Source of the DNA: the human T2T-CHM13v2.0 reference genome, Homo sapiens
Reading direction: 5' to 3' (one strand)
NCBI RefSeq assembly: GCF_009914755.1
Contig: NC_060930.1
DNA: 64,000 nucleotides
Under the pieces are notes generated by a model. That model ran no database searches. It saw only the letters and a program-made list of their open reading frames with translations, and was not told the origin of the DNA. The first letter of the stretch is position 1. Each line of letters opens with the position of its first letter. This document shows, piece after piece, positions 12,876 to 29,215 of this stretch. A program made the position numbers and the translations under genes.

Positions 12876-14953
12876 GGCCGCCCTGGCGTTCCCCCTTCCC
12901 GAACGTGCCGCGCGAGCCGCGGTGCCCCCTCCTCTTTGCTGCTGCAGTGTCTGCGCCGGGCCATTTAATGAGATTTATTCACGCACGGCTCTTCTCAGCT
13001 TTGCGAGGGGTTGGCAGATCCAGTGCACAGGGATTTCCCACTACCGTGTTTTTCTCCCGCCCCCTTCCTTCCCTCTCGTCCTAATACATCCTTCGTTGGT
13101 TTCCTCGGCCCCGCAGGCTGCGTCCCGGGCACGCGCAAGTACATGTAAGGACTTGTCAGCTGCCGGTGACCTCCCTCCTCCCTCGTCGCTCCTCCCCCAG
13201 CGGAATGTAGGATTAACAGTCTTTCCGAGAAAATTTTGGCCAAAGAAAAAGGCCTGTGAAAGTCACCGCGTTAGACGTGGCCTCCTCGTGTTTTTCACTA
13301 ACACGTTATGGAAGGTTTTACTACCCGAAGGCATAAAAGCACCACCGTGGGGAAGGGCCGTTTTGAATAAACAACTTTATTCAAAAATCGAGAGGGGGTG
13401 AAGCGATGCAGTTAGGGAATTTTTGTTTTAAAGAGTAGTAACATGCAGCTGGCTTGGCTATTAAATTGGAAACAAGGGGTTCCTCTCTGACTTGGCCACT
13501 GATATTGGGCGTGACCTTGGACAAATAATTTTGTTTCTTTGGGCTCAGTTTCTACATATGTAAAACGGGAAGGTTTCTCTTAAAAACTAATCCTGAAGGG
13601 TTTCTTCTCAACAAAAAGATGCAAGCTGTAGGAGGCAGAAAGCGTGGGTTCAAGTTCGAAATTTGCCCCTGAATTAGGACCCTTGACACATTTCTAACCC
13701 ATCCAAGTAGAGATCGTTCTTTTACATTTGTGTGTTATACAGGTGCATTTTAGTGGTTACCAGGTTGCCACGTATTTGAAGTGGTGTGAGAGCTACTCGT
13801 TTGGAACCGTTGTGGATTTTCAAATAGGAAAATCAAAAGGCCCAAAGAGACAGCTCACTGGTAAGAAGCTGTCTATAAATTCCCTAACATATAAATGCTA
13901 TAATAAGAACTTACGCTCCGAGGGATTTGAGACTGATTACTACAGTAAATTAGCTTGTAGTTTTTAACCTCAGAGCATGATTATAAACATACGTGGCAAG
14001 ATTTCTACTAATATGCTGGAAATTAGCTAATATTTTTAAGAGGCAAAATCTCTTGATCTGAAATTTTAGAAGGCTATAGAAGTGATTTTAAAATATGACT
14101 ACCATGCTAAAATGTATTTTTTATAAAATAAATATTTTGTACACGCCGAATGTCAGATACACAATATCAGTGATTCTCAGTGTTCCATGACACCTAGAAT
14201 TCTTTAAGTGTTGATATTTTGGCTCTTACTGAATTATATTTTGGGGGATGGGGCCTGGGAATCTGTATTGTTAGCAACACTACTTGCCACCCCGTGATTC
14301 TTAAGCAAAATAAAATTGAGAATCCTTGTACTATATTATAATCAGTGTATCCATAACTTTTAAATTATAATATTCCTAACTAGAAAATGGTAAAAGCATC
14401 AAATTAACAGATTTGCGATTTCTAGAAGAGGGTTTCTTTCCCCTTACCTCTTGAATCAACATTATTTACTTTAAGAAAAGGCAGTTGCAACCACAAGTCA
14501 AATCCTTCTAGAACTCCAAGAATGTTCACTCTTGAAGAAAAACATTTGCAGCATGAAATTAGGAATGTTGTGTTCATTGCATGTAATTTAGTTTTAAGTT
14601 GATGCTCAAATTGAAAACCTGACAATAGCCCCCTAATTAACCACTATCAAATGTGTTTTATATGTATATTCTTCCTGAAGTAAGAAAAAGTTCTGGAATT
14701 TTGAGTCAGAGAATGTGAATATTAAACCATCATTTAGCTAAGTGCTCACTTATTTTTTGGAATTTATTTCCTCATCTGTGAAATGGATAGTAATTCCTGT
14801 TTTAACTTCTCAGGGATGTTATAAGGCTCAAATGAGATAATGTATGTGAAAATATAGTAAAATGTTCATATCCAGAAGTCTGATTCATTGAGAAACAGTA
14901 AAATCACTTGGAATTGACTTATCTACATACAGTATGAGAAATGCAAAAATTGA

Positions 14954-15295
<342 letters not shown>

Positions 15296-15574
15296 TAGGT
15301 GGCTATTTCTTGCCAGGAGATTTGAGATATGGTGAGAAACAAAACAGACATGGTCCCTTCCCTTATAAGGTTTATAGTCTAGCATCCTAAAAATGTATTT
15401 TAATCATATCAATTAACATTTAATCATCTCTTCTAGTTCACTGACATGTACTTAGCATGTCTGCCTTTAGTAAAAGCCTACCAAGTCTCCTTTACCAATA
15501 CTGTTCAACATCTGTTAACATCTGCCTGTTAGCAGTTTATAATCTAGAACAGACAGTAGTAGCTACCATACTTT

Positions 15575-16340
15575 TGTGGCAGATACTATAAGATGGCTTA
15601 TTCAGTATTCATCCAACCCTCTTCTTGCTTACTTTTCTGTACTTTAAAAGCTGGAAAACAAACTACAGTTCTCAGACTCCTTTGCAGCTAGATTGCTGGT
15701 GTGAGATCAATGGTGTGATCAGTAAATGTTTAACAATGGCTAGAGAAGAGGGAAGGCCCTAATTTGTAGCATTGGCCAATTCGGTTTGCTTTCTTTTTGA
15801 GGAACAGGGTCTCACGATGTTGCCCAGGCTGGTCTTGAACTGCTAGGCTCCTCCCACCTCAACCTGCCAACTAGTTGGGACTACATGGTACAAATGTGTC
15901 CTCTACCAGAGTGACTTCAGTAAATGTGGAGTTAGTTGGAAAGGATGCTGACAATCAGAAGTTGGCTTCAGTATATGACCTAGTTTCCAGCAATCAGATG
16001 TACCCATTCAGGACATGGATGTGAGAGCGAGCAACATGATGCTTCAACTGCACTCAGGGAGATAAGTATCTTCTGACAAATACCATGAAGGAGGTATCTG
16101 GTTCCTCTGGGTAGGTAGGGAGGAGTTGTGGCATCTGTTCTAGAGTCATAGGTGCTGACTGGCAGGCATTGCTGGGATGGGTTTCCACTAGAATAGCTTT
16201 GTGATGTGGGATGGGTGTTCTTTGTGGTTTGGTTTTTCTTGGATGTTGTTTCTAGCTTGGTTTATCCAAGTCTGGTTCTCTGGCCCTCTGAGAGATCTGT
16301 GAACTAAATAGTATCTTTTAATCCCTTTTTGCTTCAACCA
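15575..16340. mobile_element. Old LTR (LTR33-like) with nested fragments, including an Alu monomer piece at ~15795-15885
   Basis: Starts tgtggcaga; degenerate LTR-like text (ctcctttgcagctag; atccctttttgcttcaaccagcc). Confidence 0.35.
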
Positions 16341-16344
16341 GCCC

Positions 16345-17336
16345 AGTCACAGCCAGCTACATAATTTGTGGAGCCCAGAGCAAAATGAAAACGTAAGGCC
16401 TCTTGTTCCAACACAGGGGAAAATGTGCTATTATCTGTATTAAAATATAAAGCTTTTTCTTTGTTCTGTCGTCGCTCTCTCCACTTGTCATAGTGTTTTT
16501 AAATTTGCTTTTTAATGTCATTCTATGAGAAGAAAAATTAAATTTTTTAATTCTTAGGATGAATTTTACCATTCATCTTTATATTGTGTAATGCCGTTTT
16601 AAAATGCAAATATAAGAGCATTTCAATTGTATGTGGAATCACCAAAATTATACAATTCATAGCTTGTAAATGCATATGTATTTTGTGCTATCAGAGCAGT
16701 GTAAACTCTGCACAAAACAAAACTATTTTTGTTTTCCTTCTTGATATGCACACATTCTACCAACATTCTCCATCTTCTGCTTACTGATGAGTAAGGAAGG
16801 ATGAAAGGAAAGGGAGTGCTGAGTTGCCCTACTTTCCCTTTCATTCTTTGTCATCATTTTTTGTGTAAATGGTTGGCTAATAGTGGTAAGTAACACATGA
16901 GTAAGGAAGGATGTGATGTAATCACTTGTGTTTCTTAAAGATGCTGTTGCCTTCTTTCTGCACCTGAAGCAAGTTCGGATTTGAATGAAAAGTGTAGCCT
17001 CTTGGAACTGTCTATGCCTCCACTAACTCAGTCATAGATGTTACATGCTTGTTTTGTATTAACTTTGTTACTCTCTTGAGTTCCTGCACCTCATAGGTCC
17101 ACCAGAATCCTTTGTCATGAGGCATCATGGAGACCATATGCAAATAGAACGGCAAGGAAGAAAGGATACATACCTCTGCTTGCATATTATGCTCTGCTAT
17201 ACCACTGGACTTACAAAACAGATAGTCAAACATAAAAGTATTACAATTTTCAAGACAGTGACTACAGAGCATTAAACCAAGCACTGGGCCCTGTGTGACT
17301 ATACTTGTCGCATGTTCATGAAGTTGATGGCTCTGA
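16345..17336 (-). mobile_element. MER45B-like hAT-Tip100 DNA transposon
   Basis: Ends match MER45 termini (gccagctacataatttgtggagcccag... and gggccctgtgtgact...catgaag...gctctg); length ~1 kb. Confidence 0.7.
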
Positions 17337-17966
17337 GCGCTTGGGTTTCTCAAATGGGGCTTCTGGCATTTTTGGTGAAACAGTTTTTCATTGTGCAGGA
17401 CATTTAACATCCCTGGCCCCCATGCACTACATGCCACTGTAACAATAAAAAATTCCCCATGTATTTCTAAATGTCCCCAAAGAGGAGTTGCTGCTCTCCA
17501 CTAAACTCCTAGAGTGACCTCCACTGTGTACAGCTATGAACCATGAGCACTACAGAGTTGAGTTAAAAAGGATTTCAAATTCTCATATCCCGGAAAGCAG
17601 AATTATGATGACTTTTTTCGTATTGTCAAATAAATAATACCACCTACATTGATGATGAAACAAATATTTGAGATAACAATTTAAAGGTGGTTAGTGGGTT
17701 CTATGTGTCACATGTAAATGGTAGTTGACTCCAGATAGATGGCAATTTCTGATAGTTTAAAAAAAAAAAGAAAAGAGCAGAGCACCACAGAAAAGCAAAG
17801 AGAACCATCTTACCTTCATTATCTTCATCAGGTAGCCCCCAGGAAAAACTAAGAAAGTTGTCATAATAAGATATGCTACTCTTATTACATTGGATTTGGA
17901 ATTTAGTTTTATCATATCTATTTTTTTTTAAGGTATAGTTCTTCATTTAAGAATATTAACTGTCAG

Positions 17967-18374
17967 GGCCAGGCACAGTGGCTCAACTCTGTAATCACAG
18001 CACTTTGGGAGACCAATGCGGGAGGATTGCCTGAGCCCAGGAGTTCGAGACCAGGCTGGGCAACGTGGCAAAAATCCATCTCTACCAGAAATACAAAAAT
18101 TAGCTGGGTGCGATGGTGCATGCCTGTAGTCCCAGCTACTTGGGGGCTGAGGTGGAAGGATAGCTTGAGCTTGGGGAGGTCAAGGCTGCAGTGAGCCTTG
18201 AGCCTCATGAGCATAGGATTCTGGTGGACCTATGAGGTGCGAGAACTCAAAAGAGTAATAAAGTTAATATAAGACAAACGTACATCTATGACTGAGTTAG
18301 TGGAGTCATAGTGTTGCCACTGTACTGCAGCCTGGGCAACAGAGTGAGACCCTGTCTCAAAAAAAAAAAAAAAA
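17967..18374 (+). mobile_element. AluJ-like with a ~110-bp non-Alu insertion in the right arm
   Basis: Alu sequence breaks after gcagtgagcc (18197) and resumes at ttgccactgtactgcagcctggg (~18314). Confidence 0.9.
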
Positions 18375-18427
18375 TCATTTCATCAAAAGTGAATTCATTA
18401 AAAAAGTGTACCAAGAATACATTCATT

Positions 18428-18669
18428 GGCCAGGCACGATGGCTCACACCTGTAATCCCAGCACTTTGGGAGGCAGAGGTGGGAGGATTGCTTGAGCCCA
18501 GGAGTTTAAGACCAGCCTAGGCAACATGGTGAAACCCTGTGGGACTGAGAGGCTGCTTGGTTGAGAGGTGGGAGGATCACTTGAGCCCGAGAGGTCAAGG
18601 TTGCCGCACCACTGCACTCCAGCCTGGGTGGTAGAGCAAGATCATGTCTCAAAAAAAAAAAAAAAAAAA
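18428..18669 (+). mobile_element. AluJ-like, internally deleted
   Basis: TSD aagaatacattcatt on both sides. Confidence 0.9.
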
Positions 18670-19896
18670 GAATACATTCATTAAATATATTGAGGTGAAT
18701 ATTCTCTAAAACAAGTATTTGGTAAATATAGCAAACTGATTCGTTGGCAAATTACCTTTTAGCAAATTGGACTGCTTTCCATCCCTATTAGGGATATTAT
18801 AAGGATTAAATGAAGTATTGCCAAAAATACTTAGCACAATCTGAATACACTTTAGCTGTAATCCCCCCCGCCAACATTCATACTTCAAGTCCTGCCTATT
18901 CTTTCTCCTGAATATTCCCCATTTTTGTCCACAGAATCATTGTCCTTTTGTAGCCTTTCACTAGCTTTAGGTATACTATTGCAGTAGTCACTTGATTGGT
19001 CTCTTGGCTTATTCCCCACTAATTTTATTTTCTACTGTACTGCAAGGGTGATCTGTGTACCACATAAATTTTAAGTTATCGTCTATGTCAAATTATCATC
19101 TATTGCCATAAAAACAGTGTTTATGGCATACCAACTTCATGATTTGGCCTAGATAGATATTCGGCTTCATACCTTTTCACCTTTTCCATTTATCTTCTAG
19201 CACCTCTGAGGTATTATAGCTTCGTAAACATGCCATTCTTTTTGAAAAACTATCAAATCTCTGTGCATTTGCCTTTCTAACTGGCATAGTACATTTTCCC
19301 TTCTTGCCTCCTGGCAAAATTCTTATTTATCTTTCAAGTTTTAGCTCAAATGCCACTTCCTTGTAAAGGTTTCCCTGATTTCCTCAAACAGATTTAGGTG
19401 TTATTTCTAGCCTTCCACTTCTCTTTGTATGTGCTTCTATTATAATGCTTATATTATTGTAGTTGTTTGTTAGTCTGTCAGTTTAATAGACTGTTATCTT
19501 CTTGAAGGAGCAGACCATATCTTTTCATCTTTTATATACTAGATCCAAGTATAATGCCTAGAATATAAGTTATCAACATTTATTGAATTAAAAAAATTTA
19601 AAAATCTGTTTACAACTCTCTCTACTGCCTGCCCAACACCCCTCCGTTACATATCAGTAAGCTAAGGTCCAAAGAAATAAAGCTGTTTAGTGGGAACTCA
19701 TGCCTCCAAACTCTAGATTTATTACTTTTACTCCTATACTTAGAGAATCTTCTGAGCTGCGGCTATGTAAGTAGTCATTTCTATGGTAAGAAAGACTGTC
19801 TTGTCACTGTTTTTTCATTCATCTTTAAGGAGAAGGTAGAAGGGCATAGTGATTTGACAAGAGTGGCAGTATTTTCTTTCTTATTCAATCATTTAG

Positions 19897-20657
<761 letters not shown>

Positions 20658-21486
20658 CCTAGTTTAAAGTAAATTTGTACCCAGCCCTTCATCCAGTCTC
20701 TTGCCTTTATGAAACCATGATGGAAAAGAAACTCATTCCCTTTCAGAGGCATTTGGAAGGCCTAAGTAAGTACGGCAAACTTTGGAGTCAATTGCATCAA
20801 CCATACAAAGTCCCAAAAGGCTTTATATGCAGGTTTCTGCAATTTCTCCATAGAACCTTCCTGGGTACAAGGTAGGCACATAAATATTTGTTGCCTAAAT
20901 GAATAATAATAAAATAATTCTTGGCTAAAAGACATATTTTATTTCTTTCTCTTTAAACCAAAGTCAGATTTATCATGTGGTGAGAGATGAATTTCCTGAA
21001 CAGAGATCTCTCTATTCATTTTAACCAATTAATTTACTCAGTTACTCAGAGAAGCAAAACTTTTCTGAAACAACTTCCACTTCCATAAGTTAGCAGTAAT
21101 AGTCTTAAGGAAGGAATTGATAGCCTATAAATTAAAGATGATGTTTGAGGAACAAGAAATAAAAGAAACTTTCAGAATAGAGTAATATTAGAACTGATGC
21201 CTGAGCTTTCCAGGACCCTCATTTAAATTACATATCCAGAATTGATATTGGAGCATTTCCAATGGATTATATTATAGATAGGCAGGAGGAGACCAAACAC
21301 ACATAGAGTAAGGATAGATAAAATTCCCAATTTAAATAATTAAGATGCAAAATCTCAGAAGCTAGGTATCTATTTGGATCAACATATCTCAGGGTAGTTT
21401 CCCCTGGCCCCAAAGTTTATTGCATTTTAATATTCACAGTGTAAATCACATTCCAGAAAAACTCCCACTAAAAAGCTTTTTACTGA

Positions 21487-21775
21487 GACTGGGCAGGGTG
21501 GCTCATGCCTGTAATCCCAGTACTTTGGAAGACCAAGGTGAGATTATTGCTTGAGCCCAGAAGTTTGAGACCAGCTTGGGCAACATAGTGAGACCTTGTC
21601 GCTACAAAAAATTAACAATTAGCCAGGCGTGGTGATGTATGCCTGTAGTCCCACTTACTCAGGAGGCTGAGGCAGGAGGATCACTGGAGCCTAGGAAGTT
21701 GAAGCTGCAGTGAGCCATGATCACCACTGCACTCCAGCCTGGGTCACAGAGCAAGACCCTGTCTCAAAAAACACA
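21487..21775 (+). mobile_element. AluJ-like
   Basis: Full Alu. Confidence 0.9.
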
Positions 21776-22588
21776 CACACAGAAAACTTTGTTATTGACA
21801 CTGGATTCTCCTAGATTTTGCTTTATTTTACATCCTCATTCCAGAGGCCAGAAAAGACTACTTATTCTCAGATGTGTAAATATAGATAAGTCCTTCTGTT
21901 TCTTCATTTTCTCAATAAAATGTATTTTTCCAATTTTAAAAGTTTTTAAATGCATAGCATGGAAAACATGGAGGACAATAAAGAAAAATATAGAACATTC
22001 AGTCTCACCCAGTGGAAGTCATGATTAACATTCTAGTCCATTCTGTTTCTAGAAAATTTTTCTGTAAATATATTACATAGAGAAAATAATGTCCTAGTTT
22101 TTTCACTTTGCATCATAACAAGCATTTTCCATGTAAATTAAAACTCTTCATATACATTGTTTTAATGGCTGCAAAATATGCTGTGTTGTGGACATATGAT
22201 AATTTACCTAACCATTTTCCCACTGTTGGCCAACAACAGAATGGTTCAAATTTTACATTATCTTGTATATCACACTGAGCATTTTTAGGCTGAAAATTTT
22301 GCTCCATTTTGGATCCTATCCTGAATTTTTCAAGGAACTTACTTTCTAGTTCACTATTTGATATCACCAGTTCTTGGTACATACCATGTTCTTTCTACAC
22401 AGAAGAGAGAATTGCATGTGATACTCATTCTGCCTGGTTTGCTCTTCCTTTCCCTGTCTCTTTTTGCCAAGTTAACCCACTCTTTTCTTTCTTAAAGATT
22501 TCAGTAAGTAGGAGTAGAGACCTTCCTGTGTCAGTACTTAGTCAAAATATAAAATTGGAATAGGAAGAAGATTTTTTAATAGAGGTTT

Positions 22589-22824
22589 TTTTGTTGTTTG
22601 CTTTTTTTACTTGAAGTTCCGGGATACATGTGCAGAATGTGCAGGTTTGTTACTTAGGTATACATGTGCCATGGTGGTTTGCTGCACCTATCAACCCATC
22701 ATCTAGCTTTTAAGCCCCGCATGCATTAGGTATTTGTCCTAATGCTCTCCCTCCCCTTGTCCCCCACCCCCCAACAGGCCCCGGTGTGTGTTGTTCCCCT
22801 CCTTGTGTCCATGTGTTTTCGTTG
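22589..22824 (-). mobile_element. L1PA 3' end (5'-truncated)
   Basis: gatacatgtgcagaatgtgcaggtttgttac...; TSD ttaatagaggttt at 22576 and 22825. Confidence 0.9.
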
Positions 22825-22863
22825 TTAATAGAGGTTTCAAAGATTATAATTACACCAGCTTAA

Positions 22864-23223
<360 letters not shown>

Positions 23224-23439
23224 CAGTCGCCTATATTAAACATGCATTTTATTGCTCAATTCTAAGCTTTTTGTATTATTTTAACTTTTTATTAACTCAC
23301 TGATATTTATAAAATTCTATGTTAAACGATGTGGTTGATTTTTTTTTTTTAAGAGTAAGACATGGTCCTGGACTCCAGTATTATGTAATTGACCAATAAA
23401 CTGTAAGTTTCTTGACATTAGGAATCATATTCTACATTT

Positions 23440-23908
<469 letters not shown>

Positions 23909-26038
23909 ATTTCCTTTTTCCCTTTGCACAGTACCAGATATATGGTTGGTACTGCAGAAATAATTTCCCCCTGCCCTCTACATTGATCATTTGATGACCA
24001 AATAGTGTCCGTCTAGCCACTTATTTATGATTTGTACAAAACATTCCGCTTTCTGAGGTAGACAGTGATATTCTGAAGCCATCAGTAAGAGTAATTTTCA
24101 GTTTGTTGAAAGTGAACATTCTTTGTGTAAAGGTCAGCCTGTCAGGAAATAGCATGCTACTCTGTTCTTTTAAGATTATTTTTAAAACCTTTGAATATGT
24201 GTGTTTTTACACTTTAAAAAAAAAAAAGTAGTGAGAAACTATACCTAGTGGTCTCACCAGATGTTTTCAAATCAGAACTGGGGCAATCTAGTTGTAATTT
24301 ATTTTCACAAATTTATGAGAATAAGAGCTGATATTTTTCTTGCTTGAATTAGCAGGTAATTTCATTCTCCATTCCTCTTTAGTGGGGAAAATCTAGCCTT
24401 TGGATGAAAATGTGAACCAGAGGTTCTTGCCAAGTCTGCAAAGCAGTATAAAGATTAGTTTTATGAATGAAGGAAAACACTACTCATTTTTCTTAGGAGG
24501 CTGCTTACTTCTGCATTTGTATAACATGTTTTTAGACTGAAAGCTCATAGAGAAAAGAGAAGGATCCTCATTCTAGAATATCTGCTCCCCTGTACTTAGC
24601 ATATTCATAGTCTTTCAAGACTTAATTTATTAAAGATGTTAAAGACTTTGACACTTGGCTTACAGTCTTTCTCCTTCACCTGAATTCCTGCCCTCATCCT
24701 GAGTAAATTCATCACCCAAGTAGACAGCCCATCTAATACTGTTGGGAAGGGAAGGTTATACCGTGTTATGGATTAATCTCTACCTTATGCCAAAGTATGG
24801 TGTTATAATTCTCCTTTGCATACCCAAAATTAACAATAGGCTGAATCATTTGATTATCATTCCCTTTGACTCTAACATAGCTTTTATCCTTTCCTGTTTT
24901 GCTTTACAGTTTTGGGTCTAGTTCATCTGATAAGGTACATTTCTAATATTTTTTAAAATTAATATTTATTCAATCAAAAAGAGCATGTCTTAGACATCAT
25001 GGGATGAAATGATAACTGAAGGAAAATAACTCCTAAAAATAGTCACCCTATTTAAAGAGGCTTTTGTAAATCAAAGTAGTCTCTAGTTGTAATTCAGGGC
25101 CAGAGGTCTTAGGCCCAGGTCCCTTGAGTTTTTTCATTCTTGAGTTTCCCAGCTTCTCCCTTCTGCTCTCAAAGATTGTCTAAAAACATACCCCTTTTTT
25201 CCCCTGTAGTAGCAGGGAAAACAGCACTATTCGGGTGGGGAATAGTGATGGGGCTTATTGGTATATATAGGTCATTTATTGAATAATAGTAGAGCATTCT
25301 GGTGTTTAAACTCTGCAGCCCAATTTCCCTACTTACCTGCTCCATAACTTGGGCAAATTACTTTCTGTGCCTCATTTTTCCTGTCTGTAATAAACAGATA
25401 ATAATAGTAGTACCTACCTCTTAGTGTTGTTGTGAAGATTGAATTACATATATTAAATGAGTTAACACCTTAGACTGCTAAGCACTCAATAACAGTAAGC
25501 TATTCACAATTTAGAGGCAGCTTCTCCATTTCCTAAAATATACTTATTCATCAAGAAGAATGATGTAATAGTGAAAGGTAGGAGTTTTAAAAATTCCGTT
25601 GATTGGATGTAAAAAGTAGATTCTTAGAATTTCAAATAACCCAAGAAATTATTTATACCATTGGTTCTTAACCAGTAATATGCATCAGAATCATTTATGA
25701 GACGTTGTAAAGATACATTTATCTAGGCCCTTTCTTCTCATATCTACCAAGTCAGAATGCCCACAGGCAATTCCAGTGCAGTCTTCCTGTCAAGACCATT
25801 GAAATAATCCAAGTCTTTAGATTTTATAATGAAGAAATTGAGACTCAGAGAAAGTAAATGACTTGCCTAAGACCCCATAGAGTAAGTGAGATCCAGGTTA
25901 CCTACCTCCTTGGTAAGCGATCTTCCTATTCTTCTGTGTTGCCACCAAATATATTAACTTTTAAAGAACCTAATATGAGAACTTATCCTTCTGTCAGTTA
26001 TATCAGGAAGAATAATATAGGCTTTAAAACTTACTTCA

Positions 26039-26361
<323 letters not shown>

Positions 26362-29029
26362 TTTTTTTTTAATTTTTACAATTTATTCAGAGGACTATTG
26401 CACCTGTACAGAAGAACTTAAAGTGAATTTTGCTGTCTTTTTCATGAGGACATTAGTCTTTGCCACAATGCTTACTACTAATGAGTACAAGAAAACGCTG
26501 TGTGGGACAGAGTTGCTCGATCCAACCTCACAGATTGACAGGCAAACAAATGTTTTATAGGGCAAGGTAGCTGTTGGAATTAAACTTTTTAGGATTTTTG
26601 ATAACAGAATATGTACTTCTCATAATTAGGGTTTTTTAAACATTTTTAAGGATTTTTAAACTTTTATAAAATCTCAGAATTTTCTAGTCTGTGAACAGTT
26701 CATGTAGAAAAATCAGTGGTTATTATGTACACTGTTATTGCAGCTTCGCTGAAAGATTAAAAATCTAAAAAATACAGTAAAAATAAGTTCTGAGTTTTTG
26801 TATTGATGTTGGGTGCTGTGATGTTATCTCTTTTAAAATGTGTTTTTCTTTTTCCATAATATAAAGGAATCAAAAAATACAACTTGTATGTGAACTTGTG
26901 CAAATGTGTGAAACAAATTAAGGTGACAGGGCAGAAGCAACAAAATGAAGCTCAAATGAAATCCACCTCTCAAAGCAGGTTCTATTTAATTTCTCTATAT
27001 TTGCTATTATAAATTTTTTATTTTCATATATGTGTTTCTTTGCTAGAGATGATAATTGGATGCCAACCTAACTTCCAATTTTTAGGTGATTATTTTACCA
27101 ACAAACCACTCACCTTGATGAGTGCACTGCATGGCCCCCGCTCCAAAGTCCACCATTCAGATCCTCATCAATATGTTATGACGACTGTTGCCTTTACTGT
27201 GTCTCTGCCTGATTCCATACCCTTTGCTCTACATTTCATCTCAGGTTCTGTCTTTTGGACCTTTTCACTTGATGCTTGTTCCTGGCATTTGAATCTCCAT
27301 TCAACCTGATGATCTTTGATTTAGACTCACCATCCAGTTCCAAGCTGCCAGGATTTATTACCCTCTGATTTCAGCAGCTCAGAAATCCCTGGCACAGTCA
27401 CAGGCTGGCTACCTCAAGGGACCAGCCCCAAACACTAGTGCTGTATTATAAACATCCATTTATTCATCTTTTTAACAGATTTTACTTATTGCCCACTATG
27501 TATAAGGCACTACAGAAGTTTCTGGGGATATAGAAGATTAGTGGCAGAAAGCTCTTAAGTCTCTTAAAATCTGGTAGGACAAATAATACAACTACATAAT
27601 TATAATTTAAGATAGTATGTGTTCAACTACTAGAAGTTATATATACGAACAGGACAGTAATTAACAAAAGCTTCAAATAGATCCTTAAGTAATTAAGGAG
27701 CATAGGGTACGAGGATACGTTACCAATAACCTAGAGTGGTAGGTCACTGACAGGTGGCATCTTAACTAGATTTTGACGGTAAGATAGGGGAGACATCATG
27801 GAAGACAGATACTACAAAAACTGGAACCAACAAGAACAGGAAAAATGTTATGTTAAACCTTATTTATCCAGACTGACAGTGTAATGAGGAGTGGAAGAAA
27901 GCTTAGAAAAATTGGTTAGAACCAAGTTCTGGAAGGCTTTGAATGGTGAAGAGTTTAGAGTTGGCGAGCATGTATTGGACAGTCAGAAGGTTTTGAGCAG
28001 GAAATGAAATGATAATTGGCTTGATTTAGCAGTGGTATGTAGGAAGGATTTGGTGGTGAGGTGATATGCAGGCAGAGACTGTAAGCTAGTAATTTAAAGT
28101 AGGGGAGGGTCTGGAGATGACTTTCTTCATGTCATTAAATCTTGTTATTTGTGAGGTGCTGAGCTAGGTGCTGGGGAAAGAGTGAGAACTAGATCCTTGC
28201 CATGAGGGAGTTTTCAGTCTAGTGAGAGACTTGATATCTTAAAGCCTCCTTGAGGGGTCTCTATCCAAAATTTGGTACTCTGCTTCTGACTCTTGCCTGA
28301 TTACTAGGTGATTAGATCCTCAGTTTACAATGGGCTGTGTTTCCTACCCTCTCAAACTGCTTTTCCATTTTTTGTGTCAGCTAAGGCAAAAATATTGCAA
28401 CCACTTGTATATGGAGAAAAGCAATTTATTACTTAAAACAAGATAAGACATGAATACTGCACCAGATAAGGCAAAGAAGAAAATGACATGTGTCTTAAAG
28501 AGATAACTGAAGATGATGTGGAGAATGAATTGGAGGTTATGTTAGGGGCAAGAAAACTAGTTAAGAGGCTGTCGTAGTAATCTACCTGCTTAATTAAGAG
28601 GGCCTGAACTAAGACAATGTGAAAGAAAAGGAGTCCTTGGTGGCTACTTCCACCATAATCCTTTCTGTCTCTCCCTTGGTACAACGAAGGGATAGATAGG
28701 TGACTCTCATTTGGAATTGACTTTTGAACTGAGGGATTCAAAAACAACAAACACTCAGTTTACTTCAGACTTAGGGGTAATGCTCCTACTGTCAAGTAGT
28801 CTAGTTTCTGGTTATCTTTTTATTTGGAACATGGTTCTGCAGTCTTTAGTGAGCTTCCTGATAAATCTTTCTTTTGCATTAGTTAGACTGTTAGTTACTA
28901 GTGGTTACAGTATTAAAAACAACACAAAACAAAACAAAAACTACCCTAATTGACATTGTATGTGATATTTGAAGCACTTATGGATAACTAGGAGAAAACT
29001 GTTAGGGAGTTGGAAATATGGAACTAGAA

Positions 29030-29215
29030 GTGTGGTTCTCAAGGTGTGGTCACTGATGCAGCATCAGCATCACCTGGGAACTTACTAAAAATGAAAATTA
29101 ACAGGTCCCATCCCAGACTTACTGAATAGGAAACTGGGAGTGAGGCCCCAGCAATCTGAATATTAACAAGCCGTCCAAGTGATTCTGATGCACACTGCAG
29201 TTTGAGGACCAACTG
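29030..29215 (+). mobile_element. MER5A DNA transposon
   Basis: gtggttctcaaggtgtggtc...gcagcatcagcatcacctgggaactt...gtttgaggaccaactg. Confidence 0.8.

Larger units (their letters stand above)
11300..13300. promoter_or_regulatory. CpG island / bidirectional promoter of REV3L and the divergent lncRNA
   Basis: Very GC- and CpG-rich against an AT-rich background; GC boxes; E2F-type GGCGGGAAA (12297-12305); CRE/ATF-like TGATGTCA (12209-12216); splice donors on both strands. Confidence 0.95.

Noticed and set aside
11141-13401. Other long overlapping ORFs in the CpG island
   Set aside because: Stop-codon scarcity in GC-rich DNA; most start at non-ATG codons and resemble no protein I recognise.
16787-16913. 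Direct repeat tgagtaaggaaggatg
   Set aside because: Lies inside the MER45B-like element and is probably intrinsic to it.
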